64,000 nucleotides of DNA from Octopus vulgaris. Taxonomy: Eukaryota. A model generated the notes under the pieces. It did no database searches, was not told where the DNA came from, and saw only the letters and a list, made by a program, of their open reading frames with translations. The position numbers and the translations under genes are program-made. Shown here one piece after another: positions 54,681 to 64,000 of this stretch (the first letter of the stretch is position 1; each line of letters starts with the position of its first letter). The stretch spans positions 62,062,001-62,126,000 of the forward strand of contig OX597827.1 in NCBI GenBank assembly GCA_951406725.2, written 5' to 3'.

Positions 54681-54978
54681 CTTAAAAATATATATATATA
54701 CATATATGTACCAATTCTTTTTTTGGTGCATGTGTTCGTGTTTGAGTATGTGGGTGCTTGACTATGTTCTCGTGTGCGTGTATGTCTGCATCTTTGTATG
54801 GGTATGTGTCCGAAATATCAAAGAAAATCTATAAATCTATTTGTCTACGTAAGTATGTGACACGTCTCCCCGTTTCATTGTCTGCTCTTAGCATGAATGC
54901 CTGTATCGCTTCCTCTTAAACTCTCTTTCTCTTTGTCTGTGGTTTTTTCGTTCTCACCGAACCCCGTTCTCTCTCTCA

Positions 54979-55214
<236 letters not shown>

Positions 55215-55829
55215 TATATATATATATGTATGTATGTGTTTGCCAGCATGTATATTCATGGAAGCTAGTTATGCGGAGGCCGATGTGTGTCTCTATGGCT
55301 TTTAGTATGCAAATACGTATGTATTTATTCTGGGTCTCTGTAATGTATTCATATAGGTATGAGCTCATAAATGCATTTAATGTGTCCACTCACGTACACA
55401 TATGTATGATATATAGACACACGCACACACTCACCACAAACACATACAAAAAACTGTGTGTGTGCGTGTGTGTGCGTGTGTGTGTGTGTGTCATATACAT
55501 CTATGCGTACATCTACGCGACTATATATATATATTTATATATATATAATATAATATATATATATTATATATATATATATTACATATGTGTATATATAAAT
55601 ATTACATATATATTATATAGCTCTTAGGTATTTGTGCATGTGTGTTTATATACATCTATGCATACATCTACGCGACTATATATATGTGTATATATATATA
55701 TTACATATTATATAGCTCTTACTCATACAAACACACGCACACACACACACACACACATATATATACAGTCAAAGATATGAATTTTTATATGCGTGTGTAT
55801 ACATATATATGTATATCTATATATGTATG

Positions 55830-55872
<43 letters not shown>

Positions 55873-56168
55873 AGATATATATATATCTCTCTATATATGT
55901 ATATATGCACACACACATTCACATATGCATATACTTACCTACACACACACACATATATATGTACACGCACACACGCATGTAAATATATATATATATATGT
56001 ATATATGTGTGTATATATATATGTGCATATACATACACACACAACACACACATATATATTTATGCAAATTGTGCAGAAATGTCTGTATTGATTTATGTGC
56101 ATATGTGCTTAAATAGACGTTTTAATGTGCAGTTGAGTGTGGTACACGTGTGTGTATGTGTGCATGTA

Positions 56169-56219
<51 letters not shown>

Positions 56220-56414
56220 TATTATTCTGCGCATGTGCACACAATGGAGACCGGACTGCTGAATAAATCAATACGAGATGTCGCTTACAGGAATGGCAAA
56301 CAGAACGCATTCTTGCATTCACTTCAGGTATTTCTCCCGTGGGCTACGAGCGTAAGAGAACAGAGGCAACGTGACTGAAGGCTAAGTTCTCCTCTGCCAA
56401 CCAATCTGCTCTTT

Positions 56415-56464
56415 CATCATCATCGTCGTCGTCGTCGTCGTCGTCACAGTCGTTGGTCGTATGC

Positions 56465-56518
<54 letters not shown>

Positions 56519-56542
56519 TATTATTGCCATCATCAACATAAC

Positions 56543-56573
<31 letters not shown>

Positions 56574-56648
56574 GTTATTATCATCCTCCTCCTCATCATC
56601 GTCGTCGTCGTCGTTGAAATTATCATCATCATCTTCATCATCGTTATC

Positions 56649-56697
<49 letters not shown>

Positions 56698-57220
56698 ACA
56701 TCATCATCGGCAGCAGCAGCAGCAGCCTTGGCGCCACTGCCTCCACTGCAACTGCCATCGACCACCACCACCACCACTACCACCACCACCGCCACCACCA
56801 CCACCATCACCACAACCACAACCATTACCACCACCACCATCACCACCACCACCTCCATCACCTCAACCACAATAGCAACATCACCATCAACATCACTAAT
56901 AGTAGCAGCAGAACCACACCACCACCACCACCACCACCACCACCACCATCACCACCACCATCACCACCACCATCACCACCACCACCATCACCTCAACCAC
57001 AACCAACAATAATAGCAACATCACCATCAACATCACTAATAGTGGCAGCAGCAGAACCACCACCACCACTACCACCACATCCGCCGCCGCCACCACCACC
57101 ACCACCACCGTCGCCTCCGCCGCCGTCACCGCCGTCACCAAACCCACTACCACCGTCGTCGTCGTCGTCGTCATCATCATCATCATCATCATCACCAGTA
57201 GCAGCAGCAGCATCATCACC
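56415..57220. repeat. Compound (CAT)/(CAC)/(CGT)/(CAG) trinucleotide tract with internal duplication
   Basis: Direct inspection; AATAGCAACATCACCATCAACATCACTAATAGT occurs twice. Confidence 0.92.
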
Positions 57221-58061
57221 ACGTATGTCGACGTCATCGGTTCCATCGGAACCGGTCGGTGTACTTTAGAAACTTTCCATTCATGCCGCGTGTATAATAA
57301 CCAAGTTCCAGTGCACTAACATACGAGCTTAACTAACACACGAGCGCCCAGAGTAGCTGCACCAGCGGCACGAACTGAACCGTTCTGTACCTTACGAACC
57401 GGTTTCAAATCTCGACTAAAATTCATTCGGTTCAAATGACGAAAAAAAAAAAGAAAACAGAAGAAAGAAAAAAAACGGATAACCGTAACATAATGGCAAA
57501 CAGCTTCCCGGTTTATCGTCTGTGGTAATCATGTACCTAAAGATGAATGGAGCTATAAACGTCAGTGGCACTGTCCTGTATAGGACGCCACACCTGGTTG
57601 GCAATTATATGTTACGATTCCGTATTGCTGTGGAGGCACATGGCCTAGTGGTTAGAGCAGCAGACTCGCGGTCGAGGGATCAAAAACGGCCAAAATCACA
57701 TTTAAGAGAAATCTTCAAAAGGAATGAAAAACAAAAACTTTTACCTTGTTATTGTAATTCGGTCAGACCTAGATTTCAAATTTTTTTTAGCAAATAAAAT
57801 AATTTGCTAGGCGAAATTTCTCATTAGTGACCTCACCATAACACTACCATATAATTAAGAGATGAATAACACGTGTCTCATCGTTATACATTATAATTTT
57901 TCAAATTCACCGCGCAAGCGCAGTTTCAGTTGGCAGTAAATAAATGAATGCCGAACTAAATTTTTAAAAATTGCTAAATATACATAAAATATAGGGTAGT
58001 GAGTTTTTTTTTTTAGAAATTTCACTACCAGTGGCCTAGCATGTATAAAGAGTCAATAGAG

Positions 58062-58169
58062 AACATATTCTCAATATAAAATGGTGAACATTTAAACAAA
58101 AAAGAAAACTGTCATTTTGACTACTTCTCTTGTCTTTAAATGTACACTATTTTATATTGAGAATATGTT
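58062..58169. repeat. Long hairpin with 35-bp arms
   Basis: 58062-58096 vs 58135-58169, two differences. Confidence 0.85.
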
Positions 58170-58174
58170 GTCTC

Positions 58175-58295
58175 TTTTACTCCTTTACTCTTTTACTTGT
58201 TTCAGTCATTTGACTGCGGCTATGCTGGAGCACCGCCTTTAGTCGAGCAAATCGACCCCAGTACTTATTCGTTGTAAGCCTATTCTTTGTAAGCC
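58175..58295 (-). mobile_element. SINE family S3 tail fragment
   Basis: TTTTACTCTTTTACTTGTTTCAGTCATTTGACTGCGG. Confidence 0.8.
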
Positions 58296-58358
58296 TAGAT
58301 ACTTCAAGAAAGTATCTAGGGAACCGCAAGATAAAAGTTGTCCAGCCCTGTTCAAAAC

Positions 58359-58440
<82 letters not shown>

Positions 58441-58584
58441 TCTTTACCCCTTCTCTTCCTAGGATCTGCCTTCGACGTCGGATCTACTAACGGTTTTTTT
58501 TTAAATACTTAATAGCGTTCTGTTTATTATTTATGCAGTCATCAAAATTGTTATAATGTCTTGTTGTTGAGATAGGTTCTTTTT

Positions 58585-58672
58585 CTTCCTTGATGAGAAG
58601 ATTGCATTTTTTTTACACCGTTTATTCCTTTGGAATAAAACCAATGTTGTCTTCGAAACATGTGTCGAAAGT
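58585..58672 (+). ncRNA. Hammerhead ribozyme, decayed paralogue of 46669-46757 (C3U)
   Basis: CUUCC-UUGAUGA-GAAGA...UCUUC-GAAAC-AUGU-GUC-GAAAG; downstream flank also homologous. Confidence 0.8.
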
Positions 58673-58872
58673 AAAAGAATTTGAATAGCATTTGTGTTTA
58701 ACTCCATTTATTTACTTATAATATACAAATTACTGCACATTAACCCGGGGTTTCTACCTTTGAATAGGTCGCTACATCCTTATTACTTGCGTGAATTTTG
58801 CTACCCTGGTAACTGTTTATTGAATGTTAACGGTAAACAAAGGATAATTAATTCATCCATTTACATATATAT

Positions 58873-58929
<57 letters not shown>

Positions 58930-58951
58930 CACATATATATGTTTATATATA

Positions 58952-58983
<32 letters not shown>

Positions 58984-59007
58984 CATATATACATGTAGGT
59001 ATATACT

Positions 59008-59058
<51 letters not shown>

Positions 59059-59073
59059 ATATGTATATATGTA

Positions 59074-59143
<70 letters not shown>

Positions 59144-59157
59144 ATATATAGATACAT

Positions 59158-59194
<37 letters not shown>

Positions 59195-59373
59195 ATTATA
59201 AACAGCGCAATGTTATACCATAAAGGAAAAATTCAATCGTCACTAAGTGTGACTAAGGGTGTCGAAGCACTTACATTGCTTGAAATAAGAGTTATAATTC
59301 TCTTGGTGCTGTAAGAAGGGTACAAATATATACATATACTGACAGGGAAGGTAAACGTCACATCACCGTCTCG

Positions 59374-59407
<34 letters not shown>

Positions 59408-59982
59408 CAATAATATCTGGGTAATAAAGATTTTAGAATTTTTTACTACCAGTGGCGTAGCGTATAGAAAAATTAATCAATAGACTATATATTATTCATA
59501 TAAGATACAGTGTACGTTTAAAAACATAAGAGGTGTCCATCATAGGAGTCCCTTACGCTAGAAGGGACATACCTCCTGGTAGGTATGGTAGGCAATGCTA
59601 ACCCTGAATAAAATAGATCGATAGTAACATTTTCCTTTTATGGCAAAATATGCACCTAATTCAATAAAATTATAAAGGTTACTCTGATTACTCTGCATAA
59701 AATATTTTATTTTTTGTAGATTAGGTAGGCATAATTCGCCCCTGCATTTCAATCTCAGTATCAAAGCTACACATAGTATTGCTGTAGTACATGTGCTGCG
59801 CACATTCCTACAACAACCTTTTCTTTACGTGCTATAAAGGTGGAAGTAAATCTGCCTGCAATTCAGTCGTGCGCCTTTGTTTCGTTTATTTTTTTTGTGT
59901 TTTACTACATAAACATCAGCAGCTGCCTACCCTGAGTAATTACTGAGGGCAAGTGCCATATATATATATATATATATATATT

Positions 59983-60346
59983 TTCTTCTCACCTTGTTTT
60001 TTTTCTGTATCCATTTCTGTAGAAGAGCGTAGGCTCGAAACGTAAAATAAATTTTTAAATTCCTGAGCGTTATACTAATACATCTGTTTATTTTGTACAC
60101 CACCTGCCTTCGTTTTTTGTTTTTTTTCGTGAACTCTCCCTATATATATATATATTCGCAATGATAGATCGGTAGCCATTAAACCTTTTTCTATTTTCTC
60201 TCCCTGTTTATTTCTCTGTTCCTTTCTGTCGAAGAGCGTAGGTTCGAAACGTAAAAGACTTTCTCACTTCCCGAGCGTTAAACTAATACATCTGTTTGTT
60301 GTTTACACACCCGTCTCCGTCTTTCGTTTTTTTGGGAAATACTCAC

Positions 60347-60350
<4 letters not shown>
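59983..60350 (+). mobile_element. Two tandem H2 units, each with an A6U minimal HHR (60013-60048, 60222-60257)
   Basis: HHR cores 209 bp apart, separated by a short (TA)n. Confidence 0.85.
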
Positions 60351-60382
<32 letters not shown>

Positions 60383-60929
60383 TGTATGTATGTATGTATG
60401 TATGTATGTATGTATGTATATGTGTGTGTGTGTGTATGTGCGTGTGTGTGTGTGTATAAATGTACGTATATATAAAAGAAACCATGATTGTAAATTGTAT
60501 TACCCGGTTCCAAATTTGGTAGGATATGAAAAGAAAATGGTTTCCATCTATGATATAGACATATGCTAAAATTTAAACTCTAAACATTGAATGGTACGCA
60601 TAGTTATTGCTGTACAGACAAATAAAATTCGGTATTTTGTTAATTGCTTGTTTGCGTGCACACGACCTGTGTTTCGTGTCTATGCATAATTATATTCCTG
60701 ACGTGACAACTTGTTAACAAATTTTATGTTGTGTCACTCGAAGTCTCTAACGAACTGTTCAGCGAATGGTGAGAAAAATATATGAATGTTCCTAAGCGAA
60801 TTATTATGAAAGAGAGCGGGGTAGCGTAGAGTGTGTCTGTGGAAGTGTTCAAGAAGTGAGGTGAAATACCAAGTTTTTGATGACAAGAAATAATACAGGT
60901 GCATGGAGATTACTGGAGTGAATAAAGTC

Positions 60930-60933
60930 GGTG

Positions 60934-60968
<35 letters not shown>

Positions 60969-61127
60969 GGTGAGACAGAGATAAAGAGAGAGAAAGAGAA
61001 GAGAGAAAGAGAAAAGGTATGAAGATAGAAGAGAAAAAGAAATTGGGAGAGAATGTAAGAAAAATTGGGGTGAAATGTACAGAGAGAGGATGGCATAAAA
61101 CAAAGAACAAGAGACTCAGAGTTTGCG

Positions 61128-61179
<52 letters not shown>

Positions 61180-61582
61180 TGGGAGAGGGAGAGAGAGAGG
61201 GAGTGGGAGAGGGAGAGAGAGAGAGGGGTTGAGACAGAGATAAAGAGAAAGAAAGAGACAGATAGAGAGAGGAGAGAGAGACGGAGAGGGAGACAGTGGG
61301 AGAGAGAGAGAGGTGGTGAGACAGAGATAAAGAGAAAGAAAGAGACAGAGAGAGAGGAGAGAGAGACGGAGAGGGAGAGGTGGTGAGACAGAGATAAAGA
61401 GAAAGAAAGAGACAGAGAAAGAGGAGAGAGAGACGGAGAGGGAGACAGAGGGAGAGAGGGAAGAAGAGAGAAAGAGAAAGAGAGAAAGAGAGAAGGAAAT
61501 AGAGAGACAGAGAGGGAGAGAGAGGTAGAAAGAAGGAGAGAGGAAGAGAAAAAGAGAGAGAAAGTGAAGAAGAGAAAAAGAG
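60930..61582. repeat. GA-rich polypurine tract with higher-order ~60-70-bp repeats
   Basis: GAGACAGAGATAAAGAGAAAGAAAGAGACAG recurs three times. Confidence 0.9.
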
Positions 61583-62040
61583 TGGCTTTTAGCAAGAGAG
61601 ATCGCAGATGTAGATTTATACTTCGTGTGTCTTATAGAGTGCTGTTTCTCGTTTATCCTTTTACATTTTTCTACCTGCTTCAGCCTCCGGCCTGCGACCA
61701 TGCTGGAGCACCAACATTGATATGAATAAGAAATATTTTAAAGTGTGTGCGTGAGTGTGCATGAACGCGAGCGCGGGAGTAAATCTGCTTTAGACGTTTT
61801 TCAGGTAATTAACGTTACAGAGATAACTAATTTGGATAAGTTCATTATTTGGTACCTCTCATTCGCAACATATAAATTTAGGTTGCAACAAAAAATATCG
61901 GCCGTTTTCGCATCAAAAGCCACGGTTTACAGTGAAATGAATAAACTGATAAGAGAATCAAAAGTTTTCCGTATAAGGTAGCACGAAAGAGCCAAGAGCA
62001 TTATTACACCTCCTCCCTCGTATATACACGTGTGTGTGTA

Positions 62041-62074
<34 letters not shown>

Positions 62075-63036
62075 ATAATACGTTTGACTCTTTCCCATAC
62101 GGAATTCTTTTTTTTTTGATTTTGATTCCTTTATCTAATTAATTCATTTGACTGCAAACCAAGACTTTTGATGCGAAAACAGCCTCGGATATATTTCTGC
62201 CACAACATAGATGTCCTCAGTATGATTTTAAAGAACATCTGGTAGTGGTGGCCTCGGTTCGGAAGTTCCATGGTATCGAGCAATGCAGAACCACTTCTTA
62301 GCCACTGGTGTTGCTCGGTTTGCTTTGATGCGGAGTAATAACCCTTGTCACGGTCCCAGGTACAGTTCAATTAGCATGTCACGGAATTTCCTCCAGAAGG
62401 GTCACTCAGAAATACATAGATATGTAAGGGGTAAACATTTCTACATGCTGCGTTGGATACGATAGCTGTTCGCCTGGTATGTTGTTTTTGTTAATTCATT
62501 ATACATCTTGAATTATGCTTGCACTGAGGAGTAAAAAGTGCATAAATCTGCACCGATTACGAAATCACAGTGTGATATGCGGCTAAATTCTGTTTTTAAA
62601 TGACCTGCTTCGAGAATTGGTTTCGGTACGATGTGTTTATTTATTTTAGTAGTTTTGACTTTAAGAGACTCTCCTAGCGTGTGGCATCTATGTGTAAGAG
62701 TGCCCTCTATATAATATATATATATATTTCTCAGGAACTATTAGTCCTGACACCGTTTATTAACCGGTGTTGTTCAAACGATGAATAGCCCACGCGCAAT
62801 CCAATTGGTTCGTTTCGGTCTCTTACTTTATTATTATTATTAACTTTTTTATAATCATCTCATAATAATGACCTTTATGACTCGTATTACTACCTCAGTC
62901 CATCTAAATGTATATATTTGTCACTACCTGTCATAAATAGCCTTTTTCTATCTGCAATATGCATTTTCGTTGATTTTTCATATTTTATCCTTATATTTCC
63001 ACGTGTATTTTATATTTTCTTTTCGTAATATATTTC

Positions 63037-63039
<3 letters not shown>

Positions 63040-63100
<61 letters not shown>

Positions 63101-63130
63101 GTATATATATACATATATATACATACACAT

Positions 63131-63162
<32 letters not shown>

Positions 63163-63205
63163 GTATATATATATACACACACATATATACATATATATAT
63201 ATATA

Positions 63206-63247
<42 letters not shown>

Positions 63248-63650
63248 GTATTTATATATACACACACATATATATATATATAGCTATGGATGTTCTTCAG
63301 AAGTCTAAATTGTCATGTACTTTTGATAAAGGTAAAATGTTATTTCTCCAAGCAATATTTCATATCTGATAGAGTTCTCGTGTGAAAGCTAAATACCTCA
63401 GATGGAAATTTTGGAGGACATATATCATACGCCGCCAGCATGTGATCTAAGTATTTTGAATGTATTGTGGATGTATATATCTTAATATGTGTATATGTAC
63501 TTAAATAGACATATACATATACATGCATACACACACATACACATACACACACAGACACACATACACGCACTCACACACATATGATTTACATATGCATATA
63601 TATGTATATTCAAAAATTCCTATATACACGTGCGCAGAAACATGTTTACG

Positions 63651-63744
<94 letters not shown>

Positions 63745-63815
63745 GTCTGTCTATCTATCTATCTATCTATCTAGCTAGCTATCTGTCTGTCAGTCAGTCT
63801 GTCTGTCTGTCTGTC
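63040..63815. repeat. (TA)n, (CA)n and (TATC)n microsatellites
   Basis: Direct inspection. Confidence 0.9.
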
Positions 63816-64000
63816 TGGGAGAAGGAGAAAAAAGGGGAAAAAGAAGAGAGAAGTAGACAAACAAAGCAGGGAATTTTACCACTCCCGAAACCAAAACACC
63901 CGCAGAAAACAAAAGCATCAGCACAAACACACTAACACCAAACCCCACACCAATGTTGACAGCCATAAACACCAACAACCCAGACTTAATGGAATACATT

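Noticed and set aside
58294-58320. CCTAGATACTT/AAGTATCTAGG hairpin as a terminator
   Set aside because: Eukaryotic DNA, no U-tract, and it sits at a SINE truncation point, so it is more likely a template-switch scar.
59861-59925. Minus-strand CUGAU-GUUUAU...AUAAAC-GAAAC-AAA-GGC
   Set aside because: Needs several changes (missing G8-A9, no NUH) to be a hammerhead.
62805-62885. Minus-strand GUCAUAA-A-GGUC...GACC-GAAACG
   Set aside because: Helix II and GAAAC are present, but the core, cleavage triplet and helix I are not supportable.

Overview
This is repeat-dense, AT-rich animal genomic DNA, most consistent with an octopus (cephalopod) genome. That assignment is an inference from the tRNA-derived SINE families and the very high microsatellite load. 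No host protein-coding gene can be recognised, and almost all listed ORFs are translations of microsatellites or SINEs. The real coding remnants are all retrotransposon fragments: a Penelope-like GIY-YIG endonuclease, a Tx1/L1-like ORF2 C-terminus, R4/Dong-like RLE ends and a CR1-like ORF2 linker. Several DNA-transposon MITEs are also present. The main hidden signal is RNA-structural. About 15 hammerhead-ribozyme (HHR) motifs from several families occur on both strands, mostly next to (TA)n tracts. Two are fully canonical (46669-46757 +, 46943-47027 -), and others carry variant cores (U3-A8, U4C, A6U/C). Two of them lie in 352-nt and 361-nt more-than-monomer units (3114-3503, 35954-36594). These units are diverged in sequence but share a viroid-like rod-plus-branched fold with covariation, and look like integrated copies of circular self-cleaving RNAs (retrozyme-like) mobilised by Penelope-type machinery. 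All structures were derived by eye; no folding or database search was run.
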